Assembly (NCBI RefSeq): GCF_000150275.1
Contig: NW_002060950.1
Location: 3,057,346-3,121,345, forward strand
Reading direction: 5' to 3'
DNA: 64,000 bases
From: Trichoplax adhaerens
Lineage: Eukaryota; Animalia; Placozoa
Part shown: positions 27,170 to 41,090 of the stretch, piece after piece
How positions within the stretch are numbered: the first letter of the stretch is position 1
Layout of the letters: the number at the start of each line of letters is the position of its first letter
Translations under genes and position numbers: made by a program
Notes under the pieces: model-generated
Database searches by the model: none
Told to the model about the DNA's origin: nothing
What the model saw: only the letters and a program-made list of their open reading frames with translations

Positions 27170-27610
27170 ATTTTCATTTTTTCGTAGTGATTTTCGATAA
27201 TCGTACTAAAATGAATTAACAGTGCATTTATGATTATTTATTACACTGTATGTAATACGATATTAGAATTATCTTCTGAAGCTATTTCAATTAACGACTC
27301 CATTGTTTTTGCTGAGAATATACTCCTAGTTATATATTGTTGCAATGCAATATTCGGATAATTTTGTATAGTAATTTCACTTAATAATTCTAATGCGTGT
27401 GTTGGAGTGTACTCGTAGTCCTAAATTGGAAATATAAACAATATTGCAATAATCTTCCGTGGTGATCTCAGCTAATGTTTCCAATAAGTGTTCAGAATGC
27501 ATTAGTAATTATTTGACTATAGTGGATGTAGTACAACATTAGAATTATCCTCTGTAGTGATATCAACTAGAATTTATGTTGAGGTTGTACTCGTAATTAT
27601 ATATTGGTCT
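27170..27610 (-). pseudogene. Decayed ~90-bp (about 30-aa) Thr/Ser/acidic tandem peptide repeat, possibly a relic of a repetitive (mucin-like) gene
   Basis: Minus-strand translation gives related units ILVDITTEDNSNVVLHP, ETLAEITTEDYCNIVY, ELLSEITIQNYPNIALQQYITRSIFSAKT and MESLIEIASEDNSNIVLHT, broken by stops and frameshifts. At DNA level ttagaattatc and tactc(g/c)ta(g/a)tt recur. Confidence 0.45.
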
Positions 27611-28238
27611 CACAAAAGAGCTTTGCAGCAAGATAAGGGAATTTACGATCAATAAGTGAATTGCTTGAATCACGTATCAAGGAGCGATATATACACAATC
27701 AGGAACACTTTTACTCTACTAGCAGACAACACAAAGGCTTAGACGCCTCTTATTTTACGTTAAACACTAGGTTTCACAATTAACTTCATTACACGATATA
27801 TTGCGTTTACATACTGTACTCCTCCTTAATAGTTCATGAGTCATAGTTAGTATGGTTAACTTTGGAATCATTGGCAGTTTTATATGTTAATTTAAGCTAC
27901 TTCTCCCTAATGCAGACAACAGTATTTACGAACATAGACATCTGATGACTAATACAGAATAGTCAGATTACGATATGTCCTATCACGGGACATTTCCATG
28001 ATAATTTGCAATCTACCATAAGTAAGCTACAATCATAATGATTTGAACTGTAAGTAGATAATTCGCATTGCCTAATATAACTATTAATTTCAGTATATGT
28101 ATATATGCCACTGTCATAAAAAGCCAGTGCTATATTAAAATACATTATATCCAAATTAGAAATTAACTAAATAAGAATAGGCTAACAAAATTATCTTAAC
28201 ATAGATATTTTTACTCTAATACAGTATATAAGACTGTC
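27610..28238 (+). repeat. Dispersed ~625-bp repeat, copy 1
   Basis: Aligns colinearly with 45160-45782 through shared blocks cacgtatcaagga, taatgcagacaacagtatttacgaacatagacat, gactaatacagaatagtcagattacgat and taatacagtatataa. Confidence 0.9.
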
Positions 28239-31213
28239 ATAATTGGATGTAGTACAATGTAAGAAATAAGCGATATCGTAGCTCTCGAATCATATCTTTC
28301 TGAAGTGCTATATGCGGTCAGTGTTGCAACATTGCTTAGATTAAAGTAAAAATTTAAAAGCTACGCTTTAATTATACCCGGTAAAATATAGCTACATCTT
28401 TACGGGGCATGCGTATTGGTTCATTTTGCCCAGCAAGGTTATTAAAGTATTGATATTGAACATGAACTCAGCAATATAATACTACTGTAATTGTTTGATA
28501 CATTAAATAAAGCTTGGGCTCATAGTCTAATCTTTTGAGGGAAGTATAGTTATCCTGTACCCTTTTGATGATGAAAAATTGTCATTAATTGAGTGATACT
28601 ATTGGTGGATGACGAAAAGGATAGGTCTGCCCAGTGGCCTTATAAGTACATCTAATTTCTAAGTAATAGTTTACATTTACTTTGTTGCAAATCGTAATTT
28701 ATAACAGAAGTAAGGGAAGGAAGATAAAGCCTTTGCTAACTCTTGCAATATGAGGAACCATTATTTGATTACCATATTGCAACCGTAAGATTGATTCTCT
28801 GATCTACCCTGTAGCAGATCAAAATTTGATTCAGAAGCTTAGAAATAGCATAATTTTTTAATTTAATCATTTGTTAATACTTGGAGTTACTAGAATATCA
28901 TGTATGCTAATGTGACATTCATTAATTAATGCATCATCAATATTATAATTTTGTTGTGTGATGAATCATATGTTGACACCTAGCTACTAATTAACTAATA
29001 TTAAATGTCATAGAAAGTGTGTTGTGATTCTGGCTATAATAAGTATGTAGACTGGGTTATTAATTAATTACTGTTTTTGCACCAACGAAGTTGGTGAGGA
29101 TATATAAAGTCTCAAAGTTCTTAATTGAGAGTTAGTTACGTTAGTCGATGACAGCTGGTTATCAGTTGCTAGTCGTAATTGTAAGTTGTGTGTTCAATCG
29201 GACATTTTAATAAAATAGCTTCTAGAATAAAGTTTTGATCCTTAACGTGAGTAATCTATCGTCTAAGACTCGAATCTAAGTTTGGTTGATTAAAGAGTGC
29301 TTAGAGTTAGTTGCTTAGATAGTTAAGTCTACTTTAGAGGAAAGAATCCCGTTTAATTCTTGTGTTACAATCTCGGTTGTGACAGCTAATACTACTTGCT
29401 TTGCTAAAAATTGCTGTATTTCATCATATTGATAGAACCTAGTTAATTGCAATACCGATCAAATTTTTAGCAACTATTCAAAATTAATTGCCAGTAACTT
29501 ATGAGTACTGTTATATATATACGAGCATACGCTTTCTCAGTATGGTTAGAATTATCTTAAAATTACAGAGAAACTCAATACTTTTGTTTATTATCTAATA
29601 TAGGTTTGAATTATCGATCCTTTCTATATAGGATAGAGTTTTGCATATTTTCAAGCTTTCCTTAGTATCCCCTAAAAGATGGCAACGACAAATTCTCTCA
29701 GGTCTGCTCTTTCTATATTACAATATTATAGCTAAAAAAAAGCAAATCGTAATTTTTTAATGCGTTAAACAGCTAGTTAAAAACTTTTAATTATCTAATC
29801 CATTCAGAAGCATTTACAGTATTGCTTTAAAATATCTTAGAATAAGTATCATCATTTCATAACTTTAACAGATAACCAAATACTAATTTCAGTGCATAAC
29901 AAAAGCGATTAAATGGTTCTTGATTCACTGTCAATAAATTCAAGTTGCACAAGCATCTAAGATTTAGGCATTTTATCCTCAATTATAGTTTTATTGAAAT
30001 AATATTAATGCATTTAGTTCTGTATTAATTAATCTTAATAGCTAAAGAATTATTAATCAGAAGTCCATCTATATTTTAACAGAATATTTACTTCAAATTA
30101 ATACTACCATGAATTATCTACATAATCAAGCGTAATAATTTTATGATCTGATTGATAAATAAGTTATAGTCTTTAATAGCATGGTAAAAATTCACTGTAA
30201 ACTCTATGACTTAGAAAATGATTTAGTTTGACAGAATCCAGTAGATTATTAATTACCAGCAGCAGAAGTGTCTTTGTTTATTTTTGATTTGCAAGACATT
30301 AGAAAGTTTAATAAACTGTACATTATAATTCGTAACGTTATTAAAGTATTGGTTAATTTAAGAAGACCTTAAATCGAAATATATGCTGTACCTCTTCATG
30401 CTACCTTTCGTTGGAGGCATCGAAGATAATTGTAGTGAAAATTGTAGAAACCATCATTTGTATCACCTAAATTTTATTAGTGATTGGCTTTTTATATGTC
30501 ATCACTAAAATTAAATAGCTACCAAAAATTACCGTCCTATTCCAATTTTAATATGAACTTATTTATAATTTATTAGCATTCATCAATTAAATAGTAATTC
30601 GTACGAAATATGGGTTTGTGAGATGGAAGAGATCGCCTTAAAGGTAGAAAAATTTACCGTATGTGATATAGACGAGTAAAGACTACTTATTTGCTGATTG
30701 TTAAGCTAGATTAGATGGAAGTCGATTTCCTTATTTTCTAAGGATTTATGTCGACAATTTAAGACTTACGATAATCCTACATGATATGAAACTGTAATAA
30801 TTTTCAGTTTATTATAGCAATTATATGCTTTGAAAGTATGGTAATGCTGCAAAAATATCAATTAGCTCTAGCCGTTTTGTAAAAAGCACTTTTGCAAACA
30901 ATGAATTAATAAATCATCAACATTAAATTCTATGTTTAATTTGATATTTTAATATCTACTTGGTCCCTTCATTCTAGATGAAAGACTAAGTTTTTACTAT
31001 AGATCACTATTAGCTGATGAAACTTGTAGACAAATACAGTCTGAAGTAGTAATCTTAAAACTTGTGTATGCATTCATTTATTTTGCAATGTATTTTAAAA
31101 TAGAAATTTTTGATTAAACTATGGATAATCGAAAATTAAAAATATACTCTAAAAATAAACCTGCTATTTCATTATGAATATAAATACATAAAATCTCTTG
31201 ACATTATGGTTAG

Positions 31214-34200
31214 AAATTTATAGGACAAGTAAACACCCTAACGTCCTCACGTAGTAGTATCAAATTCGGAAAATATGTTCATTATAAAAAAAAAGAACGA
31301 AATTTTGCGTAAGTAGTTAAAAATAACATTGAGGCTTTGTAAGGTTAAAATTTTATCAGATTCATATGATAAATGTATAGGAACAGGGAAAAAATATATG
31401 ATAAATTTGATGCAAAGTTACTTTTTGGTTTGTTAATGGCTATAGCATATCATCAGACATAATTGTTAGTATCATTTCTTGTTATTGAGGCTTAATGAAG
31501 CCTATAATGCAGAAATCACAAGCATTAGTTAATTGCTTGACTCCGCTAAATACATTAAATCATGCCAGCAATCGCTTTCTATTCAAACTAATTCTTCATC
31601 ATGCGTTGACACAGAATCCTTCAGGTCTTCTCCGAAAATGATGCTGTGACGGTAATGGCAAATCTTTATGGCAGAAGGCTTGAAGGAAGTCGATTATCTT
31701 TCCGAGTTTATTGGTCTTTGGCAATGCCGTTGGGCTTGCGCCAACGATTAAATGAAATGCTATTTCAAAAGAGAGAGAAAGTAAAGGCTTGTAAAGGCAA
31801 TTTTTATGATAGCTTGTTAGAAAGCAGGTGAATAATGCTTATTGGTATTGACATTAATATCTGAAGAAAAATAGTACCGATATAAGAAAGCTTTTTACGT
31901 TTTCGTAAAGAATTGTTAAATAAGTATGGAAATTAGATTCTTACTGATTGATTGACAGATAGAAATGGTCATTCAATTTCTATAAGAGCAAAAAATTAGA
32001 ACCGTGTCTGGATATGTATATGTATATATATATGGAGAAAAGTCTAGCTTTATCTAACTATAATATCTTTTCCATTATTTTTTTAGAAAAATCCTCTACC
32101 ACAGGAAATTACGGCATTTTACAGGCGAATCTAAACCAATCACCATTCATGTATCACGATTGCCAATATCGATGAGCATAGTAAGCCCTTTCGTCAATTA
32201 ACAATAATATACTAGAATAATATCATCGTGTTTGATACCTACTAAGTGTGTAAGGGTAAACTGAGCTCTCTAAAAGATTAGTTTTCGTTATTTATAGGTG
32301 GAATGTATTCACTGCTTTAGTCAAGCTGGAGAAATTATTGATTGCAAAAATGGCTCTTCTGATTGCATGTAAATATAGATAAATGGGTTTTTAATAGATC
32401 GGTCGTCTGATAGTACTAGGAAGTTAGATAAACTTACGAATATCAGAGACTAATTATAATATGTCTACGGTCGAACTGTACACTTAATTTCATCAGTGCC
32501 TAAGTTGATATACAGCAAATAAATCTATTCTTACTTAACAACTTGCGCTCAATTTTAAATTATTTTAAATTAAATAGTAGATCAAAACCTTTGCTATACT
32601 TGCCGTACAAAAAATATCAGCAAAATACTGTCATTATCCTAAATTTCGTAACATTTATCGCTATTTTAATATACAGAAGCCTTACGTATAAAGATGACAA
32701 GAGCGGCTTAATTGCCTTACTTTGCTTTCGATATTTCAACATTGAACCTGGCAAACAAATTAAGGCATTTCTAGCAGACGAATGTAAAGATTCTTTAATT
32801 TTTAAGAAGTTAATATCAATGATAATAAAAAAAAAGGAATTGAAAGTAAATATGAACAAAATTAACCGTATTCTTTTAATATTCACTATGTCATTTACTT
32901 CAGATTTGGAGTTAACATTAAGGATTTTTAAAATTAAACATAGCTTTTCATATAGCCTTAAAATTAGTCATTTACTGATAGCGTAAGGGCTTTCTGATGT
33001 ATAGCTAATGGAATATTTAATTTCGCTAGGATTCTCCCAAAAGTGAAGCCCAACCTGAAAATGCCATGGAAATCTTTGAATCTGAAGGTACAGCAGCTAA
33101 TATAAAAAGTAGAATTTATTTCTGTTCCAGGGGGCAATAAAAGTAGTAAATAATGAAAAGGTGCAATTAACTTTTCATATTATTTTTTAGCGCTTTTAAT
33201 CATAATTAATGAAGAATACTACAAAAATTAACTTCGATTAATATTGAGAGGCTAAGAATAATTTTCTCCAAGATCTGTAGTCATTGAAAACTATTCTATA
33301 AGAAGGAGACCTGATTTCATAAATAAAACTTCGTTTAATTAAGAAATTAACGCCTTTTTAACGAAATCGTAACCTTTAATCATGGAATTTCGTATCTAAG
33401 GCCTATAATATTGCAATCAGCTAACGTTACAATGATTCATAATAGAATGACATCCTCATCCATTACCTATCGTACTTCTTATTGTAAAAATTTAATATTC
33501 GGATTCAATAGAGTAGATCTTTACCTGGTTAACAAGCATTACAAATTTAAATTTTGCGACGAAAAAAATACAACTATCATAGAAAACTAAACGCTAATAG
33601 CCTACAGTAAAACTTGCCCTTGACGATGTTTACCTACAGTATGACTCTAAATAATGACGATCTCCTAGTATCAGGAGGAACGGTAGTTACTAGTCTCCTC
33701 AGACATAACTAAACTCAAACTTATTTAAAAACCAGTTGATTTATAGCCAATTTACATAAAAATTTATTATAGGTAATTGAATAAAATTATAAAACTATTG
33801 ATTTATCTAATAAGAAGGTATAAAATCATAGATGATAGTGTTTCCAACAAATACCTACATACGTTATTTGATGAAATTAGATCAGCATTAGTTAGTGAAA
33901 GTCACTTCTAAAGAGTAAGACATATTAGTAAAGAAACGCCTGTAAATTGTCTATTATTACTTAAGACAAGACATAATTATGCTTCTTTAACTTTATACTA
34001 TGATTTAATAAGCCAATTTAAGTTTAGCGATCGTATTAACGTATCAAAAAGCTATCGAAATTTCTATTCATATTAGCTTTCAGAAATTACAGTACCGCTA
34101 TCATATTATTAATCTTAATCAAAGGCTTGGCTTATCCTCTAGTTATTAATATTCAAAGTATACCAAACTCATAGAATTCTATGTTATCTCGGCATTCCGT

Positions 34201-37200
34201 AAATTTCGCTTAACTTTTACCCTTTTCCATTATAGACTTTAGCCATAATATTTCTGACATGAGTGATTCAGACGATTTTTCAACCGCATCCCAACATAGC
34301 CAGAAAGAATTTAAAAGTGACACGGAAAGCATTTGCGATCAAAGGGAATTATGGGGGGAAATAGATGGAGAATTAGAAGAGTTTCCTATAGCTCATCATG
34401 TCAAATTCTTATTGCAACTCATTGAGCTAGATAAGAAATTACGTCTAAAAGGCATTCCTGTTTATTTTAAATTTTTTCAACGATATGGTTATCCTATCAT
34501 AGCCATTAAAATGAATGAACATTATAAACTAATTATTATGCAAGAATTAACAGCACTTATTGGGATTGAGATTAGTAGTGCTGGCTTGACAGAATCGATG
34601 ACGAGCTTTTTATCCAAATATGACGACAATCAACATCATCTAAATAGAAAATTAATGGAGCAATCTATTCAAGCAGGAATTTATAAGAATCAACAAGATT
34701 TCATTTCCATCGTTGCTCTCAATCACTCAGAATATTCAAGAGCAATTTCTTATTTACACTGTGAAATTTCAACCCAATCGATTAAAATTATTGGTGATAG
34801 TTTTAATTTAGTGTTAGATGGTAAGGTCCTGAAGCCCGATTTCCTTCTTAATTTATCGGATCAGCACAAAGTTTGTCTGCAAACCGAAATTGATACCCAA
34901 TCCGCTCATTGTAATATTATTGCGATTGGCTTGAAGGATTCTGTGAAACAAGTTTTAGTTGCTATCAACAAGAGCATTCTAGACTATAAAATGATCCAAT
35001 TTTCGATTGACCAAAAAATCGAAACTGGATCATCTATTTGGTTAGAATTTCTTCGACATCATTTTCATCGTATTGAGGAAGAATATCACTGTTACGTACA
35101 TTGCAAAAATGTTACAAATGACACCCCCGCTAATCAAGATGGTCGAGAAGGAGATATTATTATTCAATGCTATCCTCATGATCAGCAACTTATTTATTTC
35201 CAAATTAAAAAGTTATTTCGTTATTCGTTCGTCCACGAGCAATCAGGCATTAGCCAATTTTCTAGAATGGGTCGATTTCTCACCGAAAATGATGGTCAAA
35301 TTAAACTGCAGAACATTCGAGATGAATTTGAATGCAAAATTGACGTCCATTTTCCAACGGTTTCAGAGTAAGCTTCTTTATATGTAAATGTTGATAGCTA
35401 GAAAGCTAATTAAATAATATCGGTAATTGATATTTTAAACTACGGATTAGTTTTATCACTTTTAGCAATTGTAATACGCATATGATAATTATATTCCTTT
35501 TATTATAAGATAGCCAATTTTGAGCACGTATAACTCATGTTAAGATAACAAATTTAGACATTAGGGACTTTCGCAGCCTAAATCAAACATCATCATCATT
35601 TTCTTCACTATACGTAAGAAATTTCGAATTACGAGAAAATTTATGTCGTTATTTCCGATGAATATCTCAAAATCGAATATTTGAATTAGCTTTCAGATTA
35701 GTAGTAAAATGATACTGAATGTGCAGTAGTTCTACATCGATCTTTATGCGAGCCTGACGCTTTTAATAATTATAACAAAGTTAAAGATTTAGAGCTATCA
35801 AATTGAAATGTATAAGTGTGTGGCAAAATTCCTCACTCTTAAATCTACACTTTTTTTTAGCTTATATCTATCTAGCACTATCTTTAAATTACTAATTTGA
35901 GACTGATTGCTATTACGCTACTGCATGATGCCTAAACAATTTGCTTTGCTTGAACAAAAACTACAGGTCTATGACTGTGGCGGTACTGCAGTACATCATA
36001 ATCTTCAATCACGTGAAATTAATCTTGTACTATTAATTAACGCTAACATAATTTTAATATGACGCAATTCGTACGCAATATATATGTATAGTTAGTTTCA
36101 CTCTCATTTAATATGTAGGTTAGCAATAGCAATATACTACAATTCCAATATAAATGCAGCATTGATTGCTGCTGTCTATCTGAAGTGATTTTCATCGAAG
36201 AGTTCTATCCGAAAAATTATCTTAAAATCACAAATTTCTTAATCTTCATTATCTACCGTAAATGCAATATTTGTTTCACTCTTATATGATACGTAGTTTG
36301 ACCATAATGGTTAACTGTAATTTCTTATGTATAAATACCGTACAGTGGTGATTGCTTCTATCAATTTGAAGTTATTATCTCAACTCAAGAAATAATTTTG
36401 GGTATATTTTTTCCGGAGAATATCCGTAAACCGATATTTCTCCCACGTTTTCTAGACCTATTTCTTAACCATATAACAATCCTTACTAAGGCTTACATTA
36501 CTTTATAAATTCGTCGTGCAGGCATATTACTGAAAAGTATTCTATCCTAAAATTATCAATTTTAGAAGACAGTCTTAATTTGATTATTGGCTAAATTTAA
36601 AATATCCCTTGAACAAAATCATGAGTCAAGATATGACTTCAGAAAAATTTCTCGATTTGATAATGCTCAAAACTTCGTATTTTACCTAGTAGTTTTGGTA
36701 ATATGGGCCAAATTATAGATGAAAAGCATTAGATTCTTCACTCATCGAAAGATTACCGTAGCTATTTGCTGCTAAATGATTTTAATTTGTTTATTAGGCC
36801 TTCAAATCTACTTGTCGATACTCAATACTGCAACTCCTCTACGTCAGAAATTGAAACAACCATTAGTGCAAAGACTCTGCCCTTTAAGGATGTTTTGTAT
36901 CTCACTAGAGATCAAATAATGATCAGCGACATCAAGATAGAACTTATACAAGGACTAATTCAACAACAATCCAAATATGTCAGGATGAGAATAGTAGTTT
37001 TATAGTTCAATTATACCTGCTATTTCAAGCAGTTACTTTCTTTCCAATATGTTAACGATGCTCATTTTGTGAAATTAGGTCGATGCTATTGTTAATTCAG
37101 TCCATTTCAAGCAACATCATGAAGGAAATATTGCAAGTAGCCTGTCTAAATCAGGCGGAAAAGCATACCAAACGGAATGTAAAAGTGCTTTTAAGAAAAT

Positions 37201-40200
37201 GACTAATGATGATATTGCAATCACTGACGGCAAATACTTTGGTTGTAAGAAAGTTTATCATATTCCATTCTTAAGTTCTGACCGGTCATTACAAGTTAGT
37301 GTTAATTCGATAAATATAAATTATCCGATCTTTTTCGTAAACCTATCACTTATCCTATTATTAAATATCAGTAGCTTTGTTGCTATAAGAAATGTTTTCA
37401 CTTTCTTTACTATAGTCGCTGAAAGCTAAACTACTAGAATGTCTACGTCTTGCTAGCAAAGCTCAAATGAATTCAATAGCTATACCTGTGATAGGAATTG
37501 ATGAAAATCATTTACATTATAATCAAATAGCAAGAGAAACATTCCGTGTCATTATAAACTTTGCTCAAGAAAATCAAAGTTCGCAAAAACTAATCCTAAT
37601 ACAAATTGTTATCGACAATAACGCAAGATGTCATCAGGCTTTCCAGAAGGTTTTGAAAGCAGTCAACGAGCAACAATTAAGCCTAGACGAAAATACTGAA
37701 ATTTCACTTATAACACAAAATTTTAACCAGACAACAAAAGAACAGAGTCCGCTATCGAATGCTGTCTTTATAGCAGAGTGTGATAACTATCAAGAATCAT
37801 GTAAAGTATGCGTGGAATATGGTACAACCCTGCACACCGAAAGTCAAGTTTTAATCGACATTACAAATTTGTGTAGTCAACACTTGATATCGAGTAAATT
37901 AACGGAAAATTTTCGATTTCCGACATCTGACCATACTTCAGAAACGATACAATTCGATCCTAGTTGTACAGAAACACCGCAATTATGTCAAGTTTGCCCC
38001 TACGGATTAATAGCCGGTTTTGGTGTTTTATTAACTTGCCTTAATGCAAGTGGTAGAAAATCAATCTTATGTCCCTTATTAAATGTCGATTTTAGTAGGG
38101 AAGATATACACAAATTGATATTGAAGTATGAATTATTCTTAAATCAGCATAAATCACATAAAAGTAAAATTAATTGTATTCGTTTCTTAATGGGTCAAAA
38201 GCAGCGTGCTTTAGAAACTGCTACTTGGATTCGGCAGTATATCAGACAAAATCCAAAATTGCAATGGAAAATCACTCACGACATTCATGAAGATGTTGAT
38301 GGTATTAAGATTTTGATTGCTGCATACGATCAAGAGACGATCTTTAAAATTCAATCGAAGATAGAAGAATGTGTTCCATCGTGGACTACTCAAATTCTTC
38401 CGGTTGATAATTACATATGTAATATGGAAAATGATCACTGGCATCGTTATGCACTTGAACTATGGTGCAAATACAACACCTTCATTAGTAGAAAACCTAA
38501 ACAAGATTCTAGTAGGAATTTACTACTTTACGGCTTCAACAACGATATAACCAACGCAATATCAGAAATTCGTCAACTCACAAAGTTAAAATTAGAGCAA
38601 TTTGCTATAAAAGAAGAGCAAGAATTGAATGTCAATTCTGTCGCATGGGTACTTAAAGTTGGCAATATAAGCTATCCTTTCGATCAAAAATTAAACTACC
38701 AAATAGAAAAAAACTACAAGAATTTTGAAAAAACTAAAAATTGCCAACGTATTAATAACTTTAGCTTTTATATCAGAGCCATAGATTACAAAAATATGAA
38801 GATAGAAACAAGATATGATTGGCAATATAGTATAGACAGAATTATTTACCAAGGTATTTACATGAACACTCTAGATCTGTAATATAATGAAGATATTTCT
38901 TTAAAAAAAGTTGGGCTCATTGCCTGGAGTACGTGATCGCATTTGCTTCATAAAACTATTTCATAGATGACTGGTAGCACAGATTTATTGTTAGTAAAAT
39001 TATACCTTTATTTTAATCTTGGATGACAAGGATTGAATTATGTAGGGCGATACCTTAAGTGTGTTTCTGTGGGTTAGTTCAAATATTCGGTCAGTTTATA
39101 TTCGACATCTAATATATATAGGTATTTTTAATAAGACAGAACATAATGTCTTTATGTATTGCAGCTCAATGCTACTCGTATTCCTAAAGTACTACACGAA
39201 AATTTTCGTTCATGCTAAAAAAAGTAGCAGATTTGTATGAAGTAGTAGTGTACGAATATGTTGGTATGCCAGTTTGTCACGAAGCTGGTTCGTGACAAAG
39301 ATAGTGTAAAACAAATCTCTAAATTACTATAATCTCCGGGATTCAGTATCCCTTAACTATCCCTCAAGAATTTAGACGCCTTTGACTCTACGTTAAACTC
39401 AACTAGACAATTGAGAACTACTTTATTCAACTATCTGACGGGCTTATATACCCTTCTACAGAAGCTAACATTCATGAGTCATCTTATAAAAATACTTAGG
39501 TGAGAACATTTACTAACTAATTTTTCACAGTCGGACTACAACATGTCCATTCACAGAATCGTTTCAGTGCACATTACAGCACAGCATTAAATTTACTGTA
39601 ACATATTTATAACTAGAGTAATCCCTATTGTAAGTAACTAGTTGTAATATATTATCACTATATTATATTAACCAAATTTAGATAGCTATTTCTTCACGGT
39701 AGTTCGTACCGTGACACAGTTTTTAAGAATTCCATAGCCGCTGCTTACTGCATATTTCTGAACATACGAGTATGATACGATGAAGTAATGTATATAGGTA
39801 ATGATTTCCTTCATTATATTATAGAAGATATCGATGTGCCGGATTATTGGCAATATGACTCTATTGACGAAGTCAAATATGGACCTCCTCGGATTATGGA
39901 TGTGGTAAATGAGAAAGAGCGAAAAGAATTATTTGATCTCATAGGATCACGAGGCATTAAAGTTACTAAATTTCAGCGAGTGCAAAATTGGAATTTATAT
40001 TATCATTTTCAACAGAGAAAAAAAGAAATAGAAGCTTCAGTGATTAAATATAAGGCTTCAGTGCCCGTTGAAAGGCGTTTATTTCATGGAACCAAGAGTC
40101 AAAATGTTGAAAATATTTGTAGAGCAGGATTTGATATTAATAACTGTGGTAATGCACTAGGTGAGGGCAATAAAATTAATTTCTACTAAGTGAAATTCTA

Positions 40201-41090
40201 GTAAAAGCTGACTTATATCAGAGTAGGACAAATTTGTAATTATGAGAATTACAGCTCAAATAAAATACTGGCATAAAATAAATTGAAGCAAAACGTTAAT
40301 GGAGCGAGAAACCTATCGTTCATGTCTCAGTGAATTGTAGTTGTCTTGCTATTGTTAGATATTGAGCTAATTCAGAGACTAATTATTTTCCAAGACAACA
40401 CACGGACGTCAGTATCTAAAATTAAAAGAGATTTGCAGAATATAGAAATCTTCGATTTTACTTTTATCCTACATGCTATCATATCTAAGGTTTTGCTTTA
40501 TTTTATATCTATATTTTCGTAGTAATCGAATCATAAATTAATAATCTAACATACAACTACTAGAACTTAAAATAACGTATTCTTTATTGCAATTTAAGGA
40601 TAGCTAATGGCAAAGAATTATTACCACTTTATCCGATTAATTTTAGTACTGAGTAACAGTATTATAATATCAAATAAGAGTAGAATGTCTAAAAGTAGTT
40701 CTATATCTAAAAAGCTATTTAAAATGATAATTTATTGACTTAATTTACTAAATGGCCTATAAAATCACTAATAGTTGTTCTTCAATTAAAGATCGTATTA
40801 TTGATTATGTTGTTATCATTACTACAGGTTTTTTGTATGGTAAAGGAGTCTACTTCGCAAATCAGCCGAAAAAGGCCTTACGTTACGGCAATAAGTTATT
40901 ACTTGTTCGCGTCTTAACTGGAATTTATGCCCAATCTAACTGCAGAGATAAACCTAACTTGCAAACAATTCCCGGTAGTCCAGCAAAACGCGTTCATTCT
41001 TCTGTTGATCAGTTTCGTAATCCAACGATTTTTGTTATCTCTAATGATAATGCAGCTTATCCAGAATACATTTTGCATGGGTACTATTAA
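31214..41090 (+). CDS. PARP14-like: PARP14-like paralog D, full length (start not located): RRM-RRM, KH-like, 2 macrodomains, KH-like, WWE and mono-ART with intact H-Y-I
   Basis: Predicted exons 31214-31308 (tentative), 31615-31827, 32087-32180, 32298-32368, 32677-32845, 33030-33087, 34236-35367, 36798-36978, 37079-37294, 37416-38853, 39825-40160, 40828-41090. Macro: VDAIVNS..YFGCKKVYHIPFL..SIAIPVIG. WWE: VAWVLK..PFDQKLNYQIE..IDYKNM. ART: VPDYW..QRVQNWNLY..ERRLFHGT..YGKGVYFA..VRVLTG..NPTIFVISNDNAAYPEYIL. Confidence 0.88.

Noticed and set aside
35073-35387. Overlapping 104-aa plus-strand ORF
   Set aside because: Alternative frame inside the KH exon of D with no recognisable motif.
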